Origin: Heptranchias perlo
Lineage: Eukaryota
Assembly (NCBI RefSeq): GCF_035084215.1
Contig: NC_090332.1
Span: 29,016,001-29,080,000, forward strand
DNA: 64,000 nt
Direction of reading: 5' to 3'
Part shown: positions 36,650 to 49,185 of the stretch, piece by piece
Position numbering within the stretch: the stretch's first letter is position 1
Layout: every line of letters begins with the position of its first letter
Translations under genes and position numbers: made by a program
Notes under the pieces: generated by a model
What the model saw: the letters and a program-made list of their open reading frames with translations, nothing else
Database searches by the model: none
Told to the model about the DNA's origin: nothing

Positions 36650-38511
36650 AGTTACAAAGCTTTTATTTTTCTTTCTCTACTGCTCCTACCTGGTGCAATC
36701 CCTGTGGCTTCAGCAGAGGTAGAGGCAGGCTGCACTGATCCCTGCTCTGACTTCTGAGATGCTCATGGCCGACAACCTCTGGGTGTTGGAGCCCGTGAGG
36801 GCCTTGCCAAAGACTGCTCCACCTGCACCTGAGCAGGGGCAGACTCAGCCATTGGGAGAGAAGGCAGCATATTGGATACTGGTTGAGGTGGGAAGGGGGG
36901 GTAATAGGTGAGACGTGCGAGTGCTTTGAGTGGCCTCCCCACTTCCATGTTCCCTTTCAGCATCGTCTCTCTCCTGGGCCAGCGGCACATCACTCCTACC
37001 TCTCTGCGGGTGAGCAGCTTGGAGCAGATCAGTGACACCTTGTAAGGCCACGGCTAAGGTATCTGTCATCCTGTGTAAGGTGGCAGAAATTTTGGCATTC
37101 ATAGTTTGCACAGCTGTGGTCAGGGCATGCAGGGACTGATTAGATTGCTGCGATTGTGGAGGCCACTCTATCCATGGATGACATCCTCGCAAGGCCTACA
37201 ACATCAATCCACTTATGCTTGAGCAGGACTCCTCCATCCTCTCTGCTATTGTGGAAAGTGTGCCAGGCAGGAATGTCAGTACCACCCAATTTGCTGCTGA
37301 CCCTCTATCGTCCTCCTTTTCATTGATGGCCCTCCTCGCGTTCAGCATCTCTGTTCAGCTGAGCAGAGCTTGGAGAGAGCTGTGCCCTCCGACGCGGACT
37401 CTCCACAGCTGTCCCGACCACCACTGCTAGTGCTCACTAATGAGCTGTGATTCACCAGGTGAGAACCCATCTAACTCCCTAACACGACCCACCGAAGTGC
37501 TCGTATCTGTGCTGGTGCCTGGCAAGCATGTGTCCTGTGACGGTTCACCCTCAGAAGGAATCAGCTCCTCTCAGGATACTTTGTCCTGAAGGGCCATGGG
37601 TTGCTGTTCTTCGCGTGATGGCCCTGGAGGAGAGAAGAGATGGATATGATTTAGTCATCGGAATGTAAAAATGTTGAAATTCACATGATTAAGTGTGATC
37701 ATATTTCATTCGGTGCTGAAATCAAGTCGACATGACTTGGTCTTGTATGAGATGTGGGTCAGAGATATTTAATGCTGTCACCATGTAGCAGCAAAGTCCA
37801 AGTTTCGCCATCTCCGATAGTCAGGGACGCTGATATCCTGCTTATCTCCATGGCATCCTCTACAGATGTCAACTGCACAATCTGTGGCGGGCCACTTCCA
37901 GTCTCCTCCCTCTCTCTTGTATTTTGGGCTTTTTTTTCTCCTGCGAGGGGGTACGTCAGACCTATGAGTGTCTGTAAGGCATGTGTGCATTTGATGGATG
38001 CAGTGTATTCGATGAGAGTGACTATCAAGCAGATGCGTCACGAGTGCCACTGGCATGTATTTGAGGATGTGCGCTGAGAATCGGGTGAGCTGACTGAGGT
38101 GTGATCACATTGCATAAGGATCGGGGTGGATGGAGAAAGGGGGAGATGAGCAAGTGCATTGAAAGGGAACGATGTGTGCTGCTGAAACTTAAGTGGCTGT
38201 GAGGAGTGATGTGATGGAGTACGCTTGACAAGATAGTGAGAGAGTGGGGGTGGGGGGCAGAGTTGCTGTGCACGTTAGAATGTAGGTGAATCTGCAACTG
38301 TGCTCACCTTTCCTGACCTGGTTAGGTCATTAAACCACTTCCTGCACTGGATCACTATAATCCTGCTGCTGACCTCCTTAGTCATCTCTAACCACATCTT
38401 CTTGGTCACAGCAGCAGGTTTCTTCTTGTCATACCTCCTTCCTGGTTCTTACTGCACCCAGCAGTGCATTAAATTGAAGCGGGGTGCAGCCTTTGACCTT
38501 CCTGATTCCAT
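36650..38511 (-). pseudogene. Spliced Myb/SANT-like partner gene of element D (3 exons: ~38308-38511, ~37782-37940, ~36650-37623)
   Basis: MESGRSKAAPRF..IQCRKWFNDLTRSGK|gtgag; cag|EKKAQNTREREETGSGPP; third exon low-complexity/coiled-coil. Confidence 0.8.
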
Positions 38512-38952
38512 CTGTTAATAATTTCCTCTCTCTTGAAATGCTCCCAACTCCTCCAAAGTCCAACTTTGCATTGGCCCTTTAAATAGTCGAGGTGAAATTG
38601 GGAGGAGTGGGGAGATGGGGGAGGCGATCGGGAGGGGAGGGGTGAGACTGGGAGGGGGGGCAAGCAATCGGGTGTGGGACGGGTGAGTCCGGACGAGGGG
38701 GGAATACGATTGGGAGGAGGCCGAGCGGGGGCCGACAACAGACTTTGGCACTGCAGTGGAGCTGGGAGGAAATTTAAATATTGCTGGGATGGTCAAAGGC
38801 ACATGTCCCATCAACAACTGACCAGTTACATCAGGAGGTCTGGAAAATTCCTGGAGGGGGGAGCGGAGGGGGAACCCTTTGGAAGGCCGTAAGTGTTCCA
38901 TTTAACGCTGGACTACTCTTAAAGTGGTAATAGCATACAGCAATATGAAACC

Positions 38953-39197
38953 ATGGATAAAAAAGAACCAGAAAGAAGAGAGCCTGAAACTACTTGGAGA
39001 GTGATGTAAATATTATTCTAACTGACATTAGGCATGGAGGGGATTGAATAGTGATGGTATTTAGCAAGAAACCTGCCAATACAGCAGCCAGAACCATGTA
39101 GAAGGAATTGGCCCAGGTTGTGAATGGCATCTCCCTAACTCCCTGACCCTTCTCCAAAGCAGGATGAGGTTTAACCTCACAAGATTTGGAAATGTTA
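38953..39197 (+). pseudogene. Exon 1 of a further Myb/SANT-like gene (element F remnant); probable exon 2 at ~41190-41280
   Basis: ESDVNIILTDI...KKPANTAARTM*KELAQVVNGIS..SRMRFN.TR; beyond nested LINEs EKIVHNSREEQAAKGG parallels exon 2 of D. Confidence 0.6.
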
Positions 39198-39429
39198 TGG
39201 CTGCAATGAATATATATTTTCCACCCTTAAGACAGTAACTCTATATTTACCTAAAAGGTGCATCCACAAATCTAAGGGAACTAAATAATCTGCCCAACAT
39301 GACACCTGCATAACTTCAGTTAAACCGATACAGCATCCTGCAATGCATGCTTGCCTGTTGAAGCCTCACTTCTTCAGTGGGAATTCTGTAAGACAAGTGA
39401 TGAGAATTCTTCAATAGTTGTCAAATTCA

Positions 39430-41145
39430 ACATAGGAGCAGGAGTAGGTCATTTAGCCCCTTGAGCCTGTTCCACCTTCTTCAGCTGCTTCATCAATGAC
39501 CTTCCCTCCATCATAAGGTCAGAAATGGGGATGTTCGCTGATGATTGCACAGTGTTCAGTTCCATTCGCAACCCCTCAGATAATGAAGCAGTCCGTGCCC
39601 GCATGCAACAAGACATGGACAACATCCAGGCTTGGGCTGATAAGTGGCAAGTAACATTCACGCCGGACAAGTGCCAGGCAAAGACCATCTCCAACAAGAG
39701 AGAGTCTAATCACCTCCCCTTGATATTCATCGGCATTACCATCGCCGAATCCCCCATCATCAACATTCTGGGGGTCACCATTGACCAGAAATTTAACTGG
39801 ACCAGCCATATAAATACTGTGGCTACAAGAGCAGGTCAGAGGCTGGGTATTCTGCGGCGAGTGACTCACCTCCTGACTCCCCAAAGCCTTTCCACCATCT
39901 ACAAGGCACAAGTCAGGAGTGTGATGGAATACTCTCCACTTGCCTGGATGAGTGCAGCTCCAACAACACTCAAGAAGCTCGACACCATCTAGGACAAAGC
40001 AGACCGCTTGATTGGCACCCCATCCACCACCCTAAACATTCACTCCCTTCACCACCAGTGCACTGTGGCTGCAGTGTGTACCATCCACAGGATGCACTGC
40101 AGCAACTCGCCAAGGCTTCTTCGACAGCTCCTCCCAAACCCGCGACCTCTACCAACTAGAAGGACAAGGGCATGGGAACAACACCACCTGCACGTTCCCC
40201 TCCAAGTCACACACCATCCTGACACCATATCGCCGTTCCTTCATCGTCGCTGGGTCAAAATCCTGGAACTCCCTTCCTAACAGCACTGTGGGAGAACCTT
40301 CACCACATGGGCTGCAGCGGTTCAAGAGGGTGGCTCACCACCACCTTCTCAAGGGCAATTAGGGATGAGCAATAAATGCTGGCCTTGCCAGCGACGCCCA
40401 CATCCCATGAACGAATAAAAAAAAAACATTCAATGAGATCATGGCTGATCTGTGACCTAACCCCATATACCTGCCTTAGCCCCATATCCCTTAATATCTT
40501 TGGGTAACAAAAATCTAGCAATCTCAGATTTAAAATTAACAATTGAGCTAACATCAACTGCCGTTTGTGGAAGAGAGTTCCAAACTTCTACCATCCTTTG
40601 AGTGTAGAAGTGTTTCCTAACTTCACTCCTGAAAGCCCTGAATCTAATTTTTAGGCCACGTCCCATAGCCCTACACTCCCCAACCAGCGGAAATAGTTTC
40701 TTCCTATCTACCCTATCAGTTCCCCTTAATATCTTGAAAACTTCGATCAAATCACCCCTTAATCTTCTAAATTCCAGGGAATACAACCCTAGTTTGTGTA
40801 ATTGCTCCTCGTAATGTAACCCTTGGAGTCCAGGTATCATTCTAGTAAATCTACGCTGCACTCCCTCCAAGGCCAATATATCCTTCCTAAGGTGTGGTGC
40901 CCAGAATTGAACACAGTACTCCAGGTGTGGTCTAACCACGGCTTTGTATAAATGTAGCATAACTTCTACCCCCTTGTATTTTAGTCTAGATATAAAGGCC
41001 AGCATTCCATTAGCCTTTTTGATTATTTTCTGTACCTGTCCATGACATTTTCATGATCTATGTACATGGACCCCTAAGTCTCTTTGAACCTCCACTGTTT
41101 CAAGCTTTTCACCATTTAGAAAGTACTCTGATCATCTTTTTTAGG
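39430..41145 (-). mobile_element. CR1 LINE 3' part, split by nested LINE
   Basis: ORF 40457-41005 VRPHLEYCVQFWAPHLRKD; tail resumes at 39430-39476. Confidence 0.92.
39477..40426 (+). mobile_element. 5'-truncated poly(A)-ended CR1/L2-group LINE
   Basis: FINDLP..MFADDCTV, WADKWQVTF, ILGVTID, YKAQVRSVMEYS; AATAAA and A-tail. Confidence 0.92.
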
Positions 41146-41487
41146 TCCAACAGCCTGTAGCTGACAATAACAAGCATTCTTTTGCCGTGCAAGAAAAGAT
41201 TGTGCACAATTCCCGAGAAGAACAGGCAGCAAAAGGGGGGACAGCAAGAGGAGGAGACAAAGCAAAACCTGGGATGTCATTCAGCCAATGCTGTAGGGGT
41301 TGGAGAAGTATGTGGTCCTTCACCCACGGTTGGTTTATGTTGACTAACAGCCAATGGTCAAAGACCAGAAATGGTGTCTCTTTTTTGAGGCTCATTCTCA
41401 CTTGTACTTATCAGCCCAGACAGAGTCAATTGGGGTGATGTAGATAGGTTAGACGAAGAGTAAATGCTGGGTGCAGAAGGAAACAAC

Positions 41488-42226
41488 AAAACATCAACAA
41501 TAACATGCATTTATATAGCATCCTTAATGTGGAAAAACATCCCAAAACACATCATCGAGGCATAATCAGATAGAAATAGATGCTGAGCCAAAGAAGACGA
41601 TATTAGGAGGGGTGATCAAAATCTTGGTCAAATAGGTGATTTTAAGGAGGATCTTTAAGCAAGAGAGGGAGGTAGAGAGGCAGAAAAGTTTAGGGAGGGA
41701 ATTCTGGAGCGTGGGGCCCATACAGCATAAGGCACGGCCATCAATGTTGGGACAAAAGGAGGGGATATATACAAGAGGCCAGAGTCAGAGAAATTGAGAA
41801 TTTGGTGGGGGAGTGGGGAGTTGTAAGGCTGGAGGAGCTTACAGAGGTAGGGAGGGGCAGGACCATGATTTAAACACAAGGATGAGAATTTTAAATTTGA
41901 GGTGTTAAGGGACCAGTAGCCAATGTAGATCAGCGAGGACAGTGGTCCATCCCCCCTCACTTCACTCCACAATTAGCGGCTGTGCCTTCAACTATCCAGG
42001 CCCCACGCTCTGGAATTCCCTCCTAAACTCTTCTGCCTCTTTATCTCCCTCTCCTCCTTTAAGGATCTCCTTAAAACTCATCTCTTTGACCAAACATTTG
42101 GCCATCTTTCCTTATATCTCCTTCTTTGACTCAGCATTCATTTTTGTCTGATTATGCTTCTATGAAGCACCTTGGGATATTTTTCTATGTTAAAGGCTTT
42201 GTATAAATGCTAGTTGTTGTTGTTGT
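41488..42226. mobile_element. Two L2 3' ends abutting in opposite orientation
   Basis: 41488-41945 minus, 41946-42226 plus; both end in tataaatgc..(gtt)n. Confidence 0.8.
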
Positions 42227-42964
42227 CATCATCATTGCCTTATTACCAATATTCGCTGCACCCAGGCGATCCAGTGAGCCTAGGCACAGACCCAAGGAAC
42301 CCCCCCTATATTTTCAAGGGATTTATCTTACAGAAAATTGTGCTTGTCAATGTTAGGGAACAGAATTGCTTTTCATTTTTACACTCAGTGTCAGCACCAA
42401 GATTAAAAGCAGAGTAAAGCTCCTTCTACTTTCCCCGAACAATGTAGCCTAACCCCAAACTCAGACAAGCACTCTCATTGCACCAAAGCGACATTGTTCT
42501 TGTTTCAATAGAAAGTGACAATCACTTTCACAGTGAGTTTGCCAGTCAGTGGCTACAAATAATGAACTGTTGAGAGCTCTTTATTATGAATTCATATCAG
42601 CATGGCACTAAGTTGAGACTGTACCATACATTTCACAAAGGACCTTTACAAATAGCAACAAGCTATTTCTGATGCCATTCATGTGGGCTGGATTTAAACC
42701 TAGAAACCAGAGGTGAATGAACAATGCTATCATCCAGTCTCCTGAGAAAAAAAGCTTCCAGATAAATATGTTAGTATCTTAACCATTATAAGATTGAATT
42801 GCAAATAATTTAGCTTTAGATTTAACCATTTCCAAATGTTTAAATTATTAGTATTCAGACTTTATGGCCCTGAATTGTCATGGGGGCTGTCCCTATTCAC
42901 ATCAGGAGATGGGGACAACCCTTGCTGAAATTCAGGCATTATATATTATTCAAATCAATGAAAC

Positions 42965-43085
42965 TTTATACCACAGACATCTATCTATCTTTTCTGTTTC
43001 AGATGCTGATCCATATTCTGAGTATTTTCAGCGTTTTCCATTTTTTTGTTTCAAATCTCCAGCATTCGCAGTTGTTCTTTTTTAC
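42965..43085 (+). mobile_element. Penelope-like element end
   Basis: cagatgctga....ctgagtattttcagc.tttt...tttcaaatctccagcattcgcagt; recalled shark PLE-type terminal motif. Confidence 0.5.
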
Positions 43086-43128
43086 TTTTGCCAGAAATTG
43101 CCTTCAAAATAACGGTGAGTGTAACATT

Positions 43129-45862
43129 GGGCCAGAAATTGCCTTCAAAATAACGGTGAGTGTAACAGCGCTCACCGTTATTAGTGGTGAAACCGAAGAG
43201 CAAGTTCCGGCGACCGCACATGCGCAGTCAAACGTGAAAATCCGGATCGTGCTCTCCCTGGTTCGTTGGTGATCTGACAGTTTCGCCTTAAAGGGACATC
43301 ACCGGCCGCAATCAATAGAATCAATGGACCAGCGCCAACTTGATCTTCTGCCCAGCTGGAAACTAACTGATATCGTCACAAAACAGATACGCTCAGTTTT
43401 TTAGTCTAAACTAAGTTTTAACAGCATGGCAAGTCATGGAAGGAGGCCATTCAGCCCATTGTGTCTGTGCCGGCCGAAAAAGAGCTATCCAGCCTAATCC
43501 CACTTTCCAGCTTTTGGTCCGTAGCCTTGTAGGTTAAGGCATTTCAAATGCATATCCAAGTACTTTTTAAATGTGATGAGGGCTTCTGCCTCTACCACGC
43601 TGTCAGGCAATGAGTTCCAGACCCCCACCACCATCTTGCTGAAAAAATTTCTCCTCAGCTCCCCTCTAATCCTTCTACCAATCACTTTAAATCTATGCCC
43701 CATAGTTATTGACATCTCTGTTAAGGGAAATAGGTCCTTACTAACCACTCTATCTAGGCCACTCATAATTTTATACACCTCAATTAAATCTCCCCTCAGC
43801 CTCCTCTGCTCCAAAGAAAAAAAGCCCAGCCTATCCAATCTTTCCTCATAGCTAAAACTCTCCAGACCTGGCAACATCCTCGTAAATCTCCTCTGTACCC
43901 TTTCTAGTGCAATCACATCTTTCCTGTAATGCGGTGATCAGAACTGTACGCTGTACTCTAGCTGTGGCCTAACTAGCATAACCTCCCTGCTCTTATAGTT
44001 TATGCCTCAGCTAATAAAGTAAAGTAAAGTATCCCACATGCCTTCTTAACCACCTTATCTAGCTGTCCTGCTACCTTCAGGGATCTGTGAACATGCACTC
44101 CAAGGTCCTTCTTTCCTCTACACCTCTCAGTATCCTCCTATTTATAGTGTACTGCCTTGCCTTGTTTGCCCTCCCCAAATGCATTACCTCACACTTCTCT
44201 GGATTGAATTCTATTTGCTAATTTTCTGCCCACCTGACCAGTCCATTGATATCTTCCTGCAGTCTACAGCTTTCCTCCTCACTACCAACCACATGGCCAA
44301 TTTTTGTATCATGCCCCCTATATTTAAGTCTAAATCATTGATATATACCACAAAAAGTAAGGGATCTAGTACTGAGCCCTGCGGAATCCCACTGGAAACA
44401 GCCTTCCAGTCACAAAAGCACCCATCGACCATTACCCTTTGCTTCCTGCCACTGAGCCAATTTTGGATCTGACTTGCCACTTTCCCTTGGATCCCATGGG
44501 CTTTTACTTTTCTGTCCAGTCTGCCATGTGGGACCTTGTCTAAAGCCATGCTAAAATCCATGTAGACTATATCAAACGTGCTAACCTCATCGACCCTCCT
44601 TGTTGCCTCCTCAAAAAATTCAATCAAGTTAGTCAGACATGACCTTCCCTTAACAAATCCATGCTGATTGTCCTTGATTAATCTGTGCCTTTCTAAATGA
44701 TGATTAATACTGTCCCTCAGAATTGTTTCCAATAATTTGCCCACTATCGAAGTTAGACTGATTGGCGTGTGATTATTCGGACTATCCCTTTCTCCCTTTT
44801 TAAACAATGGTACAACGTTAGCAGTCCTCCAATCCTCCGGCACCACATCTGTAGCCAGAGAGGATTGGAAAATGATGGTCAGATCCTCTGCTATTTCCTC
44901 CCTTGCTTCTCTTAACAGCCTGGGATACATTTCATCTGGGGCTGGCGATTTATCTACTTTCAAAGATGCTAATCCCCTTAATATTTCCTCCCTCACTATG
45001 TATATCCCATCCAATATTTCACACTCCTCTTCCTTAACTACAATGTCTGTATCATCCCCCTCTTTTGTGAAGACAGGCGCAAATTATTCATTAAGAACCA
45101 TACCCACATCTTCCACCTCCACACACAGGTTACCTTTTGGTCTCTAATAGGTCCCACTCTTTCCTTAGTTATCCTCCTGCTCTTCATGTATTTATAAAAC
45201 ATCTTTGGGTTTTCCTTGATTTTACTTGCCAATATTTTTTCATGCCCTTTCTTTGCTTTCCTAATTTCCTTTTTAATTTCACCCCTGCACTTTCTGTACT
45301 CCTCTAGGCTTTCTGCAGTGTTGTGCTCTCGGTATCTGACATAAGCTTTCCTTTTTTGCCTTATCCTACCCTGTATGCTCCTGTATGTAAGTCTTAATAA
45401 CTGCCAAACAACCTCTCTGGCACTAAAAATTAACTTTTAAAAATATGGAGTCTCATTACTCCTGATTTTAATAGTTTTTGGACATTTAAAAAAAACACTT
45501 TTTAAATTAAAAAATTAAGATTTTAAAAAATGTTTTCTTTCTGTCTCTTTTATCTCAGCCTTTTAATCTTATCATCTCTTTATTTCACTTTCTCTATGTC
45601 ATTTTATAATACCTTATCGGGCACATCCGGGGTTTTAGTCCGCGCTGTTTGTCTATGAACTGCACTTCCTGGTTCTCACAGCATGGCTTACTTCATGTTG
45701 ATTGGTTGAGGGGCCTTTCACCACTCACACAGCCCGGGAAAGAACGCTGATGTTATTTGAATTCGCAGTTCAAGGAAGTTGTCACCAAAAAGAACACGGT
45801 AAATTAGAGGGTGAATTTAAACCTAATGAGCGGCGACCACTATTCGGAACAATTTACAGACC
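43129..45862 (+). mobile_element. Harbinger-type MITE family M4 (~780 bp), split by a CR1
   Basis: GGGCCAGAAATTGC / CAATTTACAGACC; 43129-43432 plus 45385-45862 match the reverse complement of 60397-61182. Confidence 0.8.
43433..45383 (-). mobile_element. CR1 LINE, RT region
   Basis: WRTANVVPLFKKG, QHGFVKGRSCLTNLIEFFEE, GIPQGSVLDPLLF, ALERVQRRFTRMLPG. Confidence 0.95.
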
Positions 45863-45994
45863 AATGTTTTTCTAGATTGCAAAAGAGAAACGCATTTGAA
45901 ATGCAATTCATAAAGTTTGGGACCATGTTAAGAAACACCTCATTTCAACAGCAGAGCAGCTCAGTGAGGCTCTTCATGCTTAATGAATGATCTC

Positions 45995-46260
45995 AGATGG
46001 TCACATTCAAGGGTAATGAATAGGACCCTGTAACATTGAGACTAGTTGCTTCAAATCAGTTTATTTTATATATTTAACTAACTTTATTCTTCTTGTAGGT
46101 TTTCCAAAAAACATCATGTTTGCAGATGATACAGCCATCTTTTATGAATCATATTCAGCTGATTCTATATCTAGACTTCTCAGCAATGATGATTGCCAGC
46201 TGGCTGTCATAAACTAAGTTATTACAAAATTTGGAGATAATTACCACTGCATTGTTTAAT
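45995..46260 (+). mobile_element. Ancient non-LTR RT fragment
   Basis: atgtttgcagatgatacagccatcttttat = MFADDTAIFY, followed by degenerate WL..KLL.N. Confidence 0.55.
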
Positions 46261-46580
46261 TTTTACGTTAAATTGGTGAACTGTTTAGCTCTTAATAATG
46301 CTGCGATTAACACACTCTTAACCTGAGTACACGTTTCTAAATATCTTACCGTGAGTTTGCACCTCATTTCCCACTTACATTTTTATAACACATCAATGAA
46401 ACAAGCACAGCCATTTCTAATTAATTGGTCTATCCCACTGTGTAAGATTCTACAAATATGCAAAAGGAGTTCTAATGCAATTAATACACTCTTTCATTAT
46501 GCAGGGGTTAGCAAATATTAATACAACTAAACAAGGATTTACAATAAAGCTATCACAATTACATTCAGGTAGCACTGATA

Positions 46581-47076
46581 GGCCCTGAATTTCCTGTAGT
46601 GGCAAGTTACACCGAAATTTAGGCCCGTCGTTATGCCGATGCTGCTGACGGCAATTTAGGCCAAAATTTCCTGTGTACCTAATTTGACTTCACCGGAACG
46701 TACGAATCAGCGTGAAAAAACAGTGTGATTTAAACGTAACCACTGGGGTCCTTGGGAAACTGAGGAAGGGCCCTATAAAAGGGCGGGAGGAAACAAATCT
46801 TTCTTCAGAGTGAGGATAGAGCATTCAGGTAAGTGGCAGACATTGCTCCGTCTTTCATTTTTTTAACGTTTTTTTAAAATTCCTTAGTCAAGAGAATTTC
46901 CAGCTTCTCAACAGCATTTCCTGGTCACAGATGAGCACCGAAAGTTTGTAGCATACTTTAGAAAAAAAAATGGGACAATAAAAATAAAAAATCATAAAAA
47001 TTGTACACATCAGTAAAGAAAACATGTGACAACCATACAGAGACATGGGGAGACAATTCTATGACAAATTAGGGCC
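46581..47076 (+). mobile_element. Harbinger-type MITE M5 containing TATA box and splice donor
   Basis: GGCCCTGAATTT / AAATTAGGGCC; TATAAAA 46774-46780; CAG|GTAAGT 46826-46834. Confidence 0.6.
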
Positions 47077-47109
47077 GGTGTAGTGCCTTACTGTCGACTG
47101 GGTTGAGAC

Positions 47110-47233
47110 TAATCAATCTGATTCTGCAGGGCTTTTGGGAAAGAGCAGGGGAGTGGGACTATTTGGAAAGCTCTTTCAAAGACCTGGTACAGGCACGATG
47201 GGTTGAATGTGCTGTATGATTCTGTTCTATGAT
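47110..47233 (+). mobile_element. CR1 3' tail
   Basis: gcagggc..gggaaagagcaggggagtgggact...tgattctgttctatga. Confidence 0.7.
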
Positions 47234-47899
47234 TAATGCTGCTGAGAGGATGGAGAGCCCCCTATGCTGGCCCTCAGATTTCTAAATGCTTAAACAGCTG
47301 ACAAATAAACTGCTTGATTTCGCTCCTTCTATCAGGTATGACACTCAAAGAGATCCTTGCAAATAGCAAAGTGCATTTCTTTCGCAGGCTCTACCAACTA
47401 TTTTTCCATTCCAAGCTGCCCAGTTTTGGGATTCTATTTCCTTTGAAGCAAAATGCCTTCCTTCAACACAGCCTTTTAAGATCCTTCCAATTTTATCTTT
47501 TAATCAGCTTGGATTGTACCCCCCAGATAATGTTATATTTTGGTGTTGCTTTCAGTGTTATTTATCTTGTATGTTCCCAACATCTGTTTTTACTTGCTTG
47601 CCTTTCTAAACTACCCTTGATGACTAAATGGGATAGCTTAAAGAGATTTTAAAACAGAAGTAAATACAAATCTAGATTTAAGAGGAATATAAATAAAGTA
47701 TGCAACAGTACACAACTTATTTAGGAGGATACTGCGAATAATAGGAGAGCCCTGTAGTGTTTAAAGAGCGTACAGTGTGATATTTACACTGCCTATACTT
47801 TGATGGTGTAAAGTGAGGTATTAACTCCCTCCAGCCCATACTTCAGTGGCATTTAATTTTAAGCCCCTTTTTCTTCACTGCTTTTCTCATCCAGTTTTT

Positions 47900-48275
47900 T
47901 GGCCCTCCCCTGCTCTTCTGAAAGCGTCGAGTCCTTGCCAGGGTACCATTCCACGGGCACTGCCCATCTTCTGGTGCCTCATCCAAGTGCCATTCTTCAG
48001 TGGGAGCCTTCTCAGTAAGTGCTGATAAGGCTATTCAACATGGGGACCATCACAGTCAGGTCCGACTCAGTCCTCATCCAGGATCCGCACACACACTTCT
48101 ACAAGGTGTCACTGGATGGTAATCAGGAGCAGGACCTTAGGTAATTTCCCCTCTTCCTACTCCTGAGGCACTGAGGCCAATGGTAGTCTCCTACTGCTAT
48201 GATCAGCTAACTCAGCAGAGAGCTGGGATTGGACTTGGGACCTTCCTGGCCTTCATGGATCAGCTACCCTACTGG
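47900..48275 (-). mobile_element. LF-SINE-like SINE (best copy)
   Basis: gggtaccattccacgggcac, ccattcttca.tgggagcct, gtcactggatggtaatcaggagc, gcactgaggccaat, gatcagctaactcagca. Confidence 0.7.
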
Positions 48276-48351
48276 GGAAGGCTTTGCACCAGCATCAGAG
48301 GGAAAGAGCTAAATTAAGTCTGTTTGGGTGAATAAATGATAGATTAGCAGT

Positions 48352-49185
48352 TACATAGAATTACATAGAATTTACAGCACAGAAACAGGCCTTTTGACCA
48401 ACTGGTCTATGCCGGTGTTTATGCTCCACATGAGCCTCCTCCCTCCCTAATTCATCTAACCCTATCAGCATAACCTTCTATTCCTTTCTTGTTCATGTGC
48501 TTATCTAGTTTCCCCTTAAATGCATCTATGCTAGTCGCTTTAACTACTCCTTGTGGAGCGAGTTCCACATTCTAACCACTCTCTGGGTAAAGAATTTTCT
48601 CCTGAATTCCTTATTGGCTTTGTTAGTGACTCTCTTGCATTTATGACCCCTAATTTTGGATTCCCTCACAAGTGGAACATTTTCTCTACGTCTAACCTAT
48701 TGAACCCCTTCATAATTTTAAAGCCCTCTATTAGGTCACCCCTCAGCCTCCTCTTTTCTTTTCTCTGCTCAGTCTTACCTGATAGTCATAACCTCTCAGT
48801 TTTGGTATCAACCTTGTAAATCTTTTTTGCACCTTCCCCAGTGCCTCTATATCCTTTTTGTAATATGGAGATCAGAACTGTGCACATTACTCCAAGTGTG
48901 GTCTAACCAATGTTCTATACAAGTTTAACATAACTTCTGCTTTTCAATTCTATTCCTCTAAAAATGAACCCCGGTGCTTTGTTTGCATTTTTTATGGCCT
49001 CGTTAATCTGCGTTGCTACTTTTAATGATTTGTGAATCTGTACCCCTAGATCTCTTTGCTCCTTTATCCCATTTAGACTTATTTGCTAAGGAGCATGTGA
49101 CCTCCTTATTTCTCCTACCAAAATGCACCACCTCACACTTATCTATATTGATATTCATTTGCCAATTACATGCAAGTTTATTAAT
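48352..49185 (-). mobile_element. CR1 LINE 3' part
   Basis: (tacatagaat)n tail; WQMNINIDKCEVVHFGRRN. Confidence 0.88.

Larger units (their letters stand above)
34700..38900 (+). mobile_element. Near full-length decayed Harbinger element D (transposase and Myb-like gene, convergent)
   Basis: Left terminus GGGGCGAGTTTTAAC; both genes present; right TIR not seen. Confidence 0.85.
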
